DNA of 64,000 bases from Mobula hypostoma (taxonomy: Eukaryota). The translations under genes were made by a program, and so were the position numbers. The DNA lies in NCBI RefSeq assembly GCF_963921235.1, contig NC_086097.1:226178001-226242000 (forward strand). The letters run 5' to 3'. The notes below the pieces were generated by a model. That model saw nothing but the letters and a program-made list of their open reading frames with translations. It was not told the origin of the DNA and did no database searches. Below, piece by piece: positions 1-11,736 of the stretch (positions within the stretch are counted from its first letter, which is position 1; the number at the start of each line of letters is the position of its first letter).

Positions 1-193
1 GCCTTGTACAGCCTAATTGCATTCACTCACGGATTTCTACACAGCCAAAACTCCAAATAGTGAGATCTGTATAACCTTTCATTGGTCTCTATTCGTCATT
101 GCTGTGCTCCTCCAGTGCACCTAAATCGTGATTCATTAATCTTCCCACGTTGAAAGAAATATTGGTTGTAGCGTGCATCATTGTCTAGGCTGA

Positions 194-388
194 GCAAAAC
201 ACAAAAAATGCTGGAGGAACTCAGCAGGCCAGGCAGCATCTATGGAAAAGAGTACAGTCAATGTTTCTGGCCGAGACTCTTCAGCAGGACTGGCCCTGGC
301 ATAGATGCTGCCTGGCCTGCTGAGTTTATCCAGCATTTTGTGTGTGTTGCTTGGATTTCCAGCATTTTCCAATTCTCTCTTGTTTGTG
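194..388. mobile_element. Short fold-back Penelope-like (PLE) terminal element with degenerate hammerhead motif
   Basis: Inverted arms aaatgctggaggaactcagcaggccaggcagcatctatg / catagatgctgcctggcctgctgagtttatccagcattt; same sequence as the ends of the GIY-YIG element at 28020-30311; 14-bp TSD attgtctaggctga (180-193) / atggtctaggctga (389-402). Confidence 0.85.
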
Positions 389-477
389 ATGGTCTAGGCT
401 GAATCATTTTTCTGGTACTGTGCAAATGGCACAGAAAGAGTGTGGAACAGATGGTGGCATCACATTCGAGATAGATA

Positions 478-705
478 TGAAACTCAAGAAAAAAAAATCT
501 ACAGGCACTGGAAACCTGAAATTTAACAGAAAATGCTGAGGTGGGTGGGGGGAGGGGGAACGTAGCAGCATCTGCGGAAAGAAAAACTGCCAATATTTTG
601 TGTTTTCAACACTTTGTCAAGACTGGGCCCATTGACTGTTGGCTGTTTCTCTTACCACAGTTAACTCCTGACCTGCTGAGTTTTTTCCAGCATTTACCAT
701 TTTTA
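478..705. mobile_element. Older, diverged PLE-terminal fold-back element
   Basis: acagaaaatgctg...gcagcatctg on the left and cctgacctgctgagttttttccagcattt on the right resemble the same terminal module. Confidence 0.55.
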
Positions 706-2764
706 TCAGAATCAGAATCAGGTTCAATCTCACCGGCAAGTAAGATTTGTTAACTGAGCAGCAGCAGTTCAATGCTATGCAAAATATAGAAGAAAAAATA
801 ATAATACTAAATAAGTAAATCATTTACACTATATGTATATTGGATAGCTGAGAATCGTGCAAAAAAATTGAAATAATATATATTTTTAAAAGTGAGGTAG
901 TGTTCAAAGGTTCAATATCCATTTAGAAATCGGATGACAGAGGGGAAGAAGCTGTTCCTGAATTGCTGAGTGTGTGCCTGCAGGCTTCTGTACCTCCTAC
1001 CTGATGGTAACAGTGAGAAAAGGGCATGCCCTGGGTGCTAAAGGACCTTAATAATGGACGCTGCCATTCCGAGACACCGCTCCTTGAAGATGTCCTGGGT
1101 ACTTTGTAGGCTAGTACCCAAGATGGAGCTGACTAAAATTATAACCCTCTGCAGCTTCTTTTGGTCCTGTGCAGTAGCCACACCTCACCACCCCCCCACC
1201 CAATACCAGACGGTGATGCAGCCTGTCAGGATGCTCTCCAAGGTACAACTATAGAAGTTTTTGAGTGTATTTGGTGACATGCCAAATCTCTTCAAATTCC
1301 TAGTGAAATATAGTCTCAGCCTTGAACTCTTTATAACTGCATCAATACGTTGGAACTAGGTTAGGTCTTCAGAGATCTTGACACCCAGGAACCTGAAATT
1401 GTTCACTCTCTCCACTTCTGATCCCTCTATGAGGATTGGTATGTGTTCCTTCGTTTTACCCTTCCTGAAGCCCACAGTCAGCTCTTTTGTCTTACTGACA
1501 TTGAGTGCCAGGTTGTTGCCGTGGCACCACTCCACTAGTTGGCATATCTCACTCCTGTACGCCCTCTCATCACCATCTGAGATTCTAGCAACAGTGGTTG
1601 TATCATCAGCAAATTTATAGATGGCATTTGAGCTATACCTATCCACTCAGTCACGTGTATATAGAGAGTAGAGCAGTGGGCTAAGCACACACCCCTGAGG
1701 TGCACCAGTGTTGAGCGTCAGCGAGGAGGAGATGTTATCACCAATCCACACAGGTTGCGGTCTTCCAGTTAAGAAGTTGAAGATCCAATTGCAGAGGGAA
1801 GTACAGAGGCCCAGGATTGTAACTTCTCACAGTATGAGCTACAGTCAATGAACAGCGTCCTGACATAGGTGTTTGTGTTGCCCAGGTGGTCTAAAGCTAT
1901 GTGAAGAGCCATTGAGATTGCATCTGTCATTGAACTATTGTGGCAATAGGCAAATTGCAATGGGTCCAGGTCTTTGCTGAGGCAGGAGTTCAGTCTAGTC
2001 TTGACCAACCTCTCACAGCATTTTATCACTGTAGATGTGAGGGCTACCCGGCGATAGTCATTAAGGCAGCCCACACTACTCTTCTTAGGCACTGGTATAA
2101 TCGTTGCCTTTCTGAAACGAGTGGGAATTTCAGTCCCATAGCAATGAGAGGTTGAAAATGTCCTTGAATACTCCCACCAGTTGGTTGGCTCAGGTTTTCA
2201 GAGCCTTACCAGGTGCTCCATCGGGACCTTCCATCTTGCAAGCCTCTGAGACGGAGATCACAGGGTCATCAGGTGCAGCAGGGATCTTCACACCTGTAGT
2301 TAAATTCTCCCTTTCAAAGTGTGCATAGAAGGCGTTGAGATCATCTGGTAGTGAAACATCACTGCCATTCATGTTACTGGGCTTCGCTTTATAGGAAGTA
2401 ATGTCTTGCAAGCCCTTCCAGAGATGTCATACCTCCAAAGCCGCCTCCAACCTCGTTCAAAATTGTCTCTTCACCCTTGAAATAGCCTCTGTAAATCATA
2501 CCTGGTTTTGTGATACAGACTTGGGTCACCAGACTTGATCTAGCCACAGATCTAGCCTTCAGTAGACAACATACCTCTTGGTTCATCCACGGCTTTTGGT
2601 TTGGGAATGTACAGTAGGTCTTTGTAGGCACACACTCATCCACACAGCTTTTAATGAAAACGGTAACTGCAGCATACTCATCCAGGTTCGAAGATGAATC
2701 CCTGAATACAGTCCAGTCTACCAATTCAAAGCAGTCCTGTAGTCGCTCCTGTGCTTCCCTTGTT

Positions 2765-2840
2765 CATAGTCATAGTCATACTTTATTGATCCCAGGGGAA
2801 ATTGGTTTTCGTTACAGTTGCACCTTACCTTCATTCCTTC
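2765..2840 (-). mobile_element. Short 3' tail of a second Rex1-like family with (GACTAT)n tail, nested in copy A
   Basis: catagtcatagtcatactttattgatcccaggggaaattggttttcgttacagttgcacc is the near-exact reverse complement of 9271-9335. Confidence 0.8.
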
Positions 2841-3474
2841 ATAGTCATACCTTCTTGGTCCTCACTACTGGTGCTGCAGTCTTCAGTCTCTGCCTATACT
2901 CAGGGAGTAGAAGTACGGTCAGGTGATCAGACTTCCCAAAGTAAGGGCATGGAGTAGCACGATAGACGTTCTTAATGGTGGTGTAACAGTGGTCCAGTGT
3001 GTTGTTTCTTCTAGTACTGCAAGTGAAAAGTTGATGGTAATTGCATAGTAATTTTTTTCAGACTGGTCTGGTTAAAATCCCCCAAAATGATGGTGAAGGC
3101 GTTAGAGTGCGCTGTTTCGTGCATGTTAATCCTATTGCTCAGATTATCTAAAGCCTGATTGACATTGGCCTTAGGTGGAATGTATACTGCTACCAAAATG
3201 ACCCCAGAGAACTTACGTGGTAGGTAAAAAGGAAAGCATTTTACTGCTAGATAAAGGTCCGGTGAGCAGAATTGGGACAGCACTGATATATTTGTGCACC
3301 AAGAAGAGTTGATCATGAGGCATACTCCTCCACCTCTGCTTTTGGGAGACTCTATAGATCTATCCTGACAGTGTATAGTAAATCCGTCAATCTGGATCGC
3401 TGCATTCGGTACAGAAGGGGTTAACCAGGATTCTGTGAAACAAAGGACACAAGTGGTCCTAATGTCCCTCTGAT

Positions 3475-4515
3475 AAAACATAGAACACAGAATAGTACAG
3501 CACAGTACAGGCCCTTTGGCCCACAATGTTGTGCCGACCCTCAAACCCTGCCTCCCATATACCCCCACCTTAAATTCCTCCATATACTTGTCTGGTAGTC
3601 TCTTAAATTTCACTAGTGTATCTACCTCCACCACTGACTCAGGCAGTGCATTCCATGCACTAACCAGTCTCTGAGTAAAAAACCTTCCTCTAATATCCCC
3701 CTTGAACTTCCCACCCCTTACCTTAAAGCCATGTCCTCTTGTATTGATCAGTGGTGCCCTGGGGAAGATGCGCTGGCTGTCCACTCTATCTATTCCTCTT
3801 AATATCTTGTATACCTCTATGCTGTCTCCTCTCATCCTCCTTCTCTCCAAAGAGTAAAGCCCTAGCTCTCTTAATCTCTGGTCATAATGCATACTCTCTA
3901 AACCAGGCAGCATTCTGGTAAATCTCCTCTGTACCCTTTCCAATGTTTCCACATCCTTCTTATAGTGAGGTGTCCAGAACTGGACACGATACTCCAAGTG
4001 TGGCCTAACCAGAGTTTTATAGAGCTGCATCATTACCTCGCAACTCCTAAACTCTATCTCTCGACTTATGAAAGCTTTCTTAACTACCCTATCTACCTGT
4101 GAGGCAACTTTCAGGGATCTGTGGACATGTATCCCCAGATCCCTCTTCTCCTCCACACTACCAAGTATCCTGCCATTTACTTTGTACTCTGCCTTGGAGT
4201 TTGTTCTTCCAAAGTGTACCACCTCACATTTCTCCAGGTTGAACTCCATCTGCCACTTCTTAGTCCACTTCCGCAACGTATCAATGTCTCTCTGCAATCT
4301 TCGACAATCCTCCACACTATCTACAACACCACCAACCTTTGTGTCATCTGCAAACTTGCCAACTCACCCTTCTACCCTCACATCCAGGTCATTAATAAAA
4401 ATCACAAAAAGTAGAGGTCCCAGATCCAATCCTTGTGGGACACCACTAGACACAACCCTTCAATCCAAGTGTACTCCCTCCACCATGACCCTCTGCTTTC
4501 TGCAGGCATGTCAAT
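3475..4515 (-). mobile_element. CR1 LINE, 5'-truncated, inserted in the APE region of Rex1 copy A
   Basis: WQMEFNLEKCEVVHFGR, LVRPHLEY, RGHGFKV, FFTQR motifs; (TTCTATG)-like tail; tctgat duplicated at 3469-3474 and 4516-4521. Confidence 0.92.
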
Positions 4516-4675
4516 TCTGATTCAGCGCCCTAGCTCTGAGATTATCGATGTTATTCACCAGAGACTGCACGTTTGCCAGCAAGATAGTCAGTATTGGAAG
4601 TTTAAAGTCCTGTTTCCTTAAACACACTTGTAACCCGATCTATGGTCACGCTTCCTCTGTGAGTGCTTCTGAGTT

Positions 4676-4823
4676 TTGGAGGATCCGTGGACATGTATCC
4701 CAACATCCCTCTGTTCCTTCACACTGCTGTGTCTCCCGCCATTAACATTGTACTCTGTCGTCAAGTTTGACCTTTTAAGGTGTATCACACTCTTCCAGAT
4801 TGAACACCGTTTTACCACTTCTC
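4676..4823 (-). mobile_element. CR1 RT-derived segment forming the 5' head of Rex1 copy A
   Basis: Translates to RSNLTTEYNVNG...EQRDVGIHVHGSS (CR1 C-terminal RT region); same junction to Rex1 recurs at ~55790. Confidence 0.8.
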
Positions 4824-4834
4824 AAATGCCTTAT

Positions 4835-4935
4835 CAGTAGGACTAGAGTGGTTCAAGATAGCAGCTCGCCTTCTCAAGGACAATTAGGAATAGACAATAA
4901 GTATCAGCCTTGCATGTGATACCCAGATTCTGGTA
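4835..4935 (+). repeat. Old LINE/SINE 3'-tail fragment
   Basis: ggttcaagatagcagctcgccttctcaaggacaattaggaatagacaataa resembles a common elasmobranch retroposon tail; antisense relative at ~19200-19276. Confidence 0.5.
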
Positions 4936-5239
4936 ACACAATAAATAAAGCTAGTTCTACAACCCTCTTGCCTATTTGCATATCTCCAAATCTATTTACT
5001 TGCACTTGTCAATTTTAGTATTCCAAACTAACTATTGTATTTTCATCTCCTGTGGTCCTAAATTTTGAGCTTCTAAATTCCATCCCAAAAACTTATTCAC
5101 AAGTTTAGTTTGTTTTAATCCTTTGGGACATTCCTTAGATCTCATCAGTCAAGTTTTGGTAATTTGACCAAATAGCTCCATGTGGATCGACTATACTACT
5201 TGTACACTGCTGTTCAGACTTTTACCCATCCCTTCTCAC

Positions 5240-5575
5240 TCATAACATACGAAGAAGCAGGTGGAGTAGACTCTTTTGCTTCTTTTGACAGCTCAGCTGG
5301 TCAGTGAGGGTGTGGCCAATTTCTCTGCATGAACTACAGATTCCTTGGTTTCCTTAAACTCTAAAAATCTTTCTCTTTCTTGAGAATTCCCAGTGACTGA
5401 GCCTCCACTGACACATGGGCAGAACATTCCAAGGACTTTCTGCCCCTTGGGTGAAGAAATTTCTCCTCAAAATGGTTGCATTTTATTCCTCTAAACTCAA
5501 GAGAGTATGGCCTTAGTTTGTGTGTCCTCTCCTCTCTGTATCCCAGATGTCCATTCCCTAATCCTTTCTTGCTCA
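5240..5575 (-). mobile_element. Degenerate CR1 3' fragment
   Basis: YSLEFRGIK, EEKFLHPRG, VEAQSLGILKKE in ORF 5361-5702. Confidence 0.65.
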
Positions 5576-5593
5576 CCAGCAGAAATGATTTAC

Positions 5594-5700
5594 TGTGATG
5601 AAGGATCTCAGGCCAAAATGCCAACTGTTTATTCCTCTCCATAGATGTTGCCCGACCTGCTGAGTTCCTCCAGCATTCTGTGTGTGTTGCTCTGTGTTTC
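5594..5700 (+). mobile_element. PLE terminal module (one arm, decayed hammerhead)
   Basis: gtgatgaaggatctcaggccaaaatgccaactg followed by catagatgttgcccgacctgctgagttcctccagcattctgtgtgtgttgc. Confidence 0.75.
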
Positions 5701-5749
5701 ATTCATCGTTTTACTTGCCATTGCTTTTTCCTTGACATTTCTACTTACT

Positions 5750-6120
5750 TTTGGGCTGGTCAGCCATGATTGGCAACTCATCTTGGAGAAGGAAAATGCT
5801 AATCTCTAGCCTCTGCTGCCTTCTGGCTATACCCACTGCTGGGGAAGGCTTCAGGAGTAAACCTCAAGGGAAAAGTCCGGAGTTGACATCCCAAAGGCAG
5901 TCCTACCTGCATTCGAGTTCAACACTGACTGGCGACTCCTGCGATGTTGCTGGTGCCAACCTGTATCAGTCTCAACGATTTCTTTGTGTTCACCAGATGC
6001 ATGAAGAAGGGGTGCTTGCTACAGGTGTAACAGTTTGCTCTCCAAATTGCTCTGCCCTGGTTTGTGTATCTGGACAGCTAGGTTACACTGTATATGGTCG
6101 ACTCTGACCAACAGAGTCCC
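5750..6120 (+). mobile_element. Probable RTE-clade-derived non-autonomous repeat
   Basis: ggcaactcatcttggagaaggaaaatgctaatctc resembles RTE 5' UTR motifs; GC-richer than the flanks; flanked by ctactta on both sides. Confidence 0.4.
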
Positions 6121-6289
6121 TACTTATTTTACTGCTATTGTTGTTCTTGACTCTATGGGAAATATCCCACAATAAAATTGCTGAGTAAAATCCCTGATTT
6201 TCCAGAAACTCTTCCCCCAGTGCCAATTACATATCACTTCATATGATGATCCAACCCTGGCTTGTTCCAGCTAGCAATGCTCAATAATA

Positions 6290-6490
6290 CTGATGACATG
6301 AGTATTGATTTCTCCTTCCAGTTAACAAGTATTCCCCCGCCATCCCCACTCTGACCTTTTACTTCTTCTTACCTGCCTATTACTTCCCCCAGTCCCCGCC
6401 TCCTTCCCAATCTCCTCTCCTATCAAAGTCCTTGACCTTTCCCACCCACCTGGCTTCACCGATCACATTCCAGCTAGCTTCTTTCCCCAC
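6290..6490 (+). mobile_element. PLE 3' fragment (end of GIY-YIG ORF plus pyrimidine-rich UTR)
   Basis: ctgatgacatgagtattgatttctcc corresponds to the DGMNIDFS C-terminus; homologous to 38455-38700. Confidence 0.65.
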
Positions 6491-7016
6491 AGCAGCAGCA
6501 GTTCAATGTAATACATAATATAGAAGATAAATAAATAAATCAATTACAATATATGTATATTGAACAGATTAAAAATCATGCAAAGAACAGAAATAATATA
6601 TATTAAAAAAGTGAGGTAGTGTTCATAGGTTCAATGTCTATTTCGGATTCAGATGGCAGAGGGGAAGAAGCTGTTCCTGAATCACTGAGTGTGTGCCTTC
6701 AGGCTTCTGTACCTCCTACCTGATGATAACAATGAGAAAAAGGCATGCCCTGGGTGCTGGGGGTCCTTAATAATGGACATTGCTTCTTGAAGATGTCCTG
6801 GGTACTTTGTAGGTTAGTACGGAAGATGGAGCCAATTAAATTCACAGACCTCTGCAGCTACTTTCGGTTCTGTGCAATAGCTTCCCGCCCACCCCCCACC
6901 CCCCCCATACCAGACGGTGATGCAGCCTGTCAGAATGCTCTCCACGGACATCTATAGAAGTTTTCAAATGTTTTTGTTGACATACCAAATCTCTTCAAAC
7001 TCCTGATGAAGTATAT
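6491..7016 (-). mobile_element. Rex1/Babar 3' fragment
   Basis: Highly similar to 757-1310 of copy A. Confidence 0.88.
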
Positions 7017-7542
7017 TCCTAACGAAGTTGGAATCTAATGAGAAAGCATGCCACTGTGCAATGCCTCAATCCGGGACTGTGGGTTCCTTGAAGTTGTCCA
7101 ACATTATGTCAGCCCAAAGACTGTTCAGGGTGTGCAGCCAGTGTGCATTGTGCCACCCGTTGGGGTGAGCTTTTGTTCTATTAGCTAACATGCACTGAGA
7201 CAGATTTTAGCATGAGGTACAGAAGAAGTGAGCATTGTGGGGAATGTCCTGCCAACAAGAGACTAGAACTTCTTTGAGGGTGAGGCACTAATATGCTGAC
7301 AGCATGCTGCATGCCCTAAATTTCAAAATAACAAGGTGAAGTCACCCAGAGACAGGTCTGGGATGGGGGGATCCAGTCACTAAAAGGGACTAGTACAATC
7401 ATTATTGTTCAAGAGCACTCTGGTAGTTAATCCTCCCCACTAACATCAATTCATGATTGCCTTCTGGGGTCATTCCAGCCTCACTCCCCAGACAAGTGAC
7501 TGGACTCCAAGCTTTCTGGCTGATTTGGATAGACAATCAAAC

Positions 7543-7645
7543 AACTCAAGAAATTTCCACACACAAAGCACTAGAGGAAGTCAGCAGGTCGGGAAGCATC
7601 TATGGAGGGAAATAAACAGTTGACGCTTCAGGCCAAGAGTCTTCT
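7543..7645 (-). mobile_element. PLE terminal module (one arm)
   Basis: gaggaagtcagcaggtcgggaagcatctatggagggaaataaacagttgacgcttcaggccaaga. Confidence 0.7.
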
Positions 7646-8543
7646 GCAAAATTTTCTGTGTCTCAAGAAACTGGAGCCAGGCAAGGTCCATTTAGGAACT
7701 ACATATGTCAAGAAGAACTGACAGAAACAGTGTCGATTGGGGACGCGTTCATCCGTGTAGGATTTCACACAGGAAATGTGGCTGCGGGTCAGGGATACGA
7801 GAGCATTTAAGGAAACGTGGTTTTAAGCTCCCAATACCAACAATCATGTTGGCAAACGTGCAGTCTCTGGTGAATAAAATCGATGATCTCAGAGCTAGGG
7901 TGCCGAATCAGAGGGACATTAGGACCACGAGTGTCCTTTGTTTCACGGAATTCTGGTTAACCCCTTCGGTACCGGATGCAGTGATTCAGATCAACGGGTT
8001 TACTCTACACCATCAGGATAGATCTACAGAGTCTCTCAAAAGCAGAGTAGAGGAGTATGCCTCATGATCAACTCTCCTTGGTACACAAATATATCAGTGC
8101 TGTCCCAATACTGCTCACTCAACCTGGAATATCTAGCAGTAAAGTGCTGTCCTTTTTACCAACCATGGGATTTCTCTGGGGTCATTTTGGTAACAGTTTA
8201 CGTTCCACCTCAGGCCAATGTCAATCAGGCCTTTGACGATCTAAGCAATGGGATCAACATGCACGAAACAGCGCATCCTAATGCCTTCACCGTTGTTTTG
8301 GGAGATTGTAACCAGGCCACTCTAAAAAAATCACTAAGCAATTACCATCAACAGATCACTTGCAATACCAGAGTATACAACACACTATTCCACGCACTCA
8401 TTTCAGGAAGTCTGATCATCTGACTGTACTTCTACACCCTGAGCATAGGCAGAGACTGAAGACTGCAGCACCAGCAGTGAGGACCAAAAAGGTATGAACA
8501 AGGGATGCACAGGAGCAACTACAGGACTGCTTTGAATCGGTGG

Positions 8544-8759
8544 CACGAGGAATTCTGCAGATGCTGGAAATTCAAGCAAAATACATCAAAGTTGCTGGTA
8601 AACGCAGCAGGCCAGGCAGCATCTCTAGGAAGAAGTACAGTCGACGTTTCAGGCCGAGACCCTTCAGGTGACGAAGTCAGGTGACGAAGGGTCTCGGCCT
8701 GAAACGTCGACTGTACCTCTTCCTAGAGATGCTGCCTGGCCTGCTGCGTTCACCAGCAA
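8544..8759. mobile_element. Young fold-back PLE terminal element inserted in Rex1 copy B
   Basis: Near-perfect ~80-bp inverted arms; 14-bp TSD ctttgaatcggtgg at 8530-8543 and 8760-8773. Confidence 0.92.
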
Positions 8760-9055
8760 CTTTGAATCGGTGGACTGGATTATATTCAGGGATTCATCTT
8801 CAAACCTGGATGAGTATGCTGCGGTTGTTACTGACTTCATTAAAATGTGTGTGGATGAGTGTGTGCCCACAAAGACTTACTGTACATGCCCAAATCATAA
8901 GCTGTGGATAAACCAGGAGGTACGTTGTCTGCTGAGGGCTAGATCTGTGGCATTCAAGTCTGGCAACCCAGGCCTGTACCAGAAAACCAGGTATAATTTG
9001 CGGAAGGCTATTTCAAGGGCAAAGAGAAATTTCAAGTGGGTTGGAGGTGACATCG

Positions 9056-9337
9056 GTGTACATTCAGCCAGAGACTCATTCCACCGAGATGCAGCACAGA
9101 GCGTCATAGGAAGTCATTCCTGCCTGTGGCCATCAAACTTTACAACTCCTCCCTCGGAGGGTCAGACACCCTGAGCCAATAGGCTGGTCCTGGACTTATT
9201 TCATAATTTACTGGCATAATTTACATATTACTATTTAACTATTTATGGTTCTATTACTATTTATTATTTATGGTGCAACTGTAACGAAAACCAATTTCCC
9301 CCGGGATCAATAAAGTATGACTATGACTATGACTATG
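9056..9337 (+). mobile_element. 3' end of a second Rex1-like LINE family with (GACTAT)n tail, nested in copy B
   Basis: Encodes FSQRLIPPRCSTERHRKSFLPVAIKLYNSS; caataaagtatgactatgactatgactatg tail; host Rex1 resumes at gcacggcaactctgg. Confidence 0.85.
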
Positions 9338-10470
9338 CACGGCAACTCTGGCAGGGTCTGCAAGACATCACCACCTACAAAGCAAACCCAGTAGCGTGAA
9401 TGGCAGCGATGCTTCACTGCCAGATTAACTCAACACCTTCTATGCACGTTTCTATCCCTGCTGCAACTGATGCCCCTGTGATCTCCGTCTCAGAGGCCAA
9501 TGTTAGCCTGTCTTAAAGAGAGTGAACCCTCACAAGGTGGAAGGTCCCATTGGAGTACCTGGTAAGGCTCTGAAAACCTGTGCCAACTAACTAGCGGGAG
9601 TATTCAAGGACATTTTCAACCTCTCACTGCTATGGGCGGAAGTTCCCACTTGCTTCAAAAAGGCAACAATTATACCAGTGCCTAAGAAGAATAATGTGGG
9701 CTGTCTTAATGACTATTGCCCCGTAGCACTCACATTTACAGTGACAAAATGCTTTGTGAGGTTGGTCATGACTAGACTGAACTCCTGCCTCAGCAAGGAC
9801 CTAGACCCATTGCAATTTGCCTGTCGTCACAATGGATCAATGGCAGACACATTCTCAGTGGCTCTTCACACAGCTTTAGACCACCTGGACAACACAAACA
9901 CCTATGTCAGGATGCTGTTCATCGACTATAGCTCAGCATTTAATAACATCATTCCCACAATCCTGATTGAGAAGTTGCAGAACCTGGGCCTCTGTACTTC
10001 CCTCTGCAATTGAATCTTCAACTTCCTAACTGGAAGACCACAATCTGTGCAGATTGGTGATAACATATCCTCCTTGCTCATGATCAACACTGGTGCACCT
10101 CAGGGGTCTGTGCTTAGCCCACTGCTCTACTCTCTATATACACATGACTGTGTGGCTAGGCGTAGCTCAAGTACCATCTATAAATCTGCTGACGATACAA
10201 CCAATGTTGGTAGAATCTCAGGTGTTGACGAGAGGGCGTACAGCAGTGAGATATGCCAACTAGTAGAGTGGTGTCGCAGCAACAACCTGACACTCAATGT
10301 CAGTAAGACGAAAGAGCTGATTGTGGATTTCAGGAAGGGTAAGGTGAAGGAACACATATCAATCCTCATAGAGGGATCAGAAGTGGAGAGAGTGAGCAGT
10401 TTCAAGTTCCTGGATGTCAAGATCTCTGAGGATCTAACTTGGTCCCAACATATCGATGTAGTTATAAAGA

Positions 10471-10885
10471 AGTTACAGAGAAAGGTTGAACAATTTAGGT
10501 CTTTATTCTTTGGAGCGTAGAAGGTTGTGGGGGGACTTGATAGAGGTGTTTAAAATTATGAGAGGGATTGATAGAGTTGACGTGGATAGGCTTTTTCCAT
10601 TGAGAGTGGGGAAGATTAAAACTAGAGGACATGAGTTGAGAGTTAAAGGACAGAAGTTCAGGGGTAACATGAGGGGGAACTTCTTTACTCAGAGAGTGGT
10701 AGCTGTGTGGAATGAACTTCCAGCAGAAGTGGTTGAGGCAGGTTCGATATTGTCTTTTAAAGTTAAATTGGATAGATATATGGACAGGAAAGGAATGGAG
10801 AGTGGGACTAGGAGAGAGTAAGAGTTTGGCACGGACTAAAAGGGCCGAGATGGCCTTTTTCCGTGCTGTAATTGTTATATGGTTA
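10471..10885 (+). mobile_element. CR1 3' fragment nested in Rex1 copy B
   Basis: LGLYSLERRRLWGDLIEVFKIMRG...FFTQRVVAVWNELP; interrupts the host IKK|ARQ motif. Confidence 0.9.
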
Positions 10886-11554
10886 AGGCAAGACAGTGGC
10901 TATACTTTATTAGGAGTTTGAAGAGATTTGGTATGTCAACAAATACACTTAAAAACTTCTATAGTTGTACCGTGGACAGCATTCTGACAGGCTGCATCAC
11001 TGTCTGGTATGGAGGGGCTACTGCACAGGACTGCAAGAAGCTGCAGAAGGTTGTAAATCTAGTCAGCTCCATCTTGGGTACTAGCTTACAAAGTACCCAG
11101 GACATCTTCAGGGAGCAGTGTCTCAGAAAGGCAGCGTCCATTATTAAGGACCTCCAGCACTCAAGGCATGCCCTTTTCTCACAGTTACCATCAAATAGGA
11201 GGTACAGAAGCCTGAAGGCACACACTCAGCAATTCAGGAACAGATGATTACTAAATGGATATTGAATCTTTGGACACTACCTCACTTTTTAAAATTTGCA
11301 ATATTTCTGTTTTTGCACTTTTTAAAATCTATTCAATATACATAATTGATTTACTTGTTTATTTATTATTTTTTTATTTTATTTATTCTGGTTCTGAGAT
11401 GAATGACTTGATGCAACTTCGGCTGAGGCAGTGGAGTCTGGTATGAACTTGCATTCTTAGAGGAAGTTGGGAATTTAGCCATGAGTTCTTTAGCAAAATT
11501 AAATCGGGGGTAACCAAGCTAAGGATCTGTAGGAGCAGTGTCAGGTGAATCCTT

Positions 11555-11685
11555 ACACAAGAAAATCTGCAGATGCTAGAACTCCAAAGCAACACACACA
11601 AAATGCTGGAGGAACTCAGCAGGTCAGGCAGCACCTCTGGGAAAGAATAAACAGTCGACGTTTCAGGCTGAGACCCTTCATCAAG
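11555..11685 (-). mobile_element. PLE terminal module with partial hammerhead
   Basis: Minus strand reads ttgatgaagggtctcagcctgaaacgtcgactgt followed by the conserved tail. Confidence 0.85.
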
Positions 11686-11736
11686 AGTAACTTATGACGG
11701 TTGGTTCTGACGTGAATTTGAGTTTTATCTGTATTA

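Larger units (their letters stand above)
706..4675 (-). mobile_element. Rex1/Babar-type LINE, near full length, disrupted (copy A), with two nested insertions
   Basis: RT motifs CLNDYRRVALTS, LDPLQFAY, YKFADDTT; APE endonuclease motifs LCFTESWL, VAVYIPP, ILGDFNQ; (TCTGAT)n-type tail seen as atcagaatcagaatca at 706-720; frameshifts and stops. Confidence 0.9.
7665..11399 (+). mobile_element. Rex1/Babar-type LINE, near full length, disrupted (copy B), with three nested insertions
   Basis: [86 protein letters not shown]; tail ttctggttctga. Confidence 0.92.

Noticed and set aside
178..402. Recurring small ORFs with DAAWPAEFLQHF or THKMLEELSRPGSI
   Set aside because: Chance frames in the non-coding PLE terminal module; starts and stops differ between copies
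5750..5830. Possible HDV-like ribozyme at the 5' end of the RTE-like repeat
   Set aside because: I could not build the nested double pseudoknot from this copy
7020..7540. GC-richer stretch that may be an old repeat
   Set aside because: No motif, terminus or second copy to support a call
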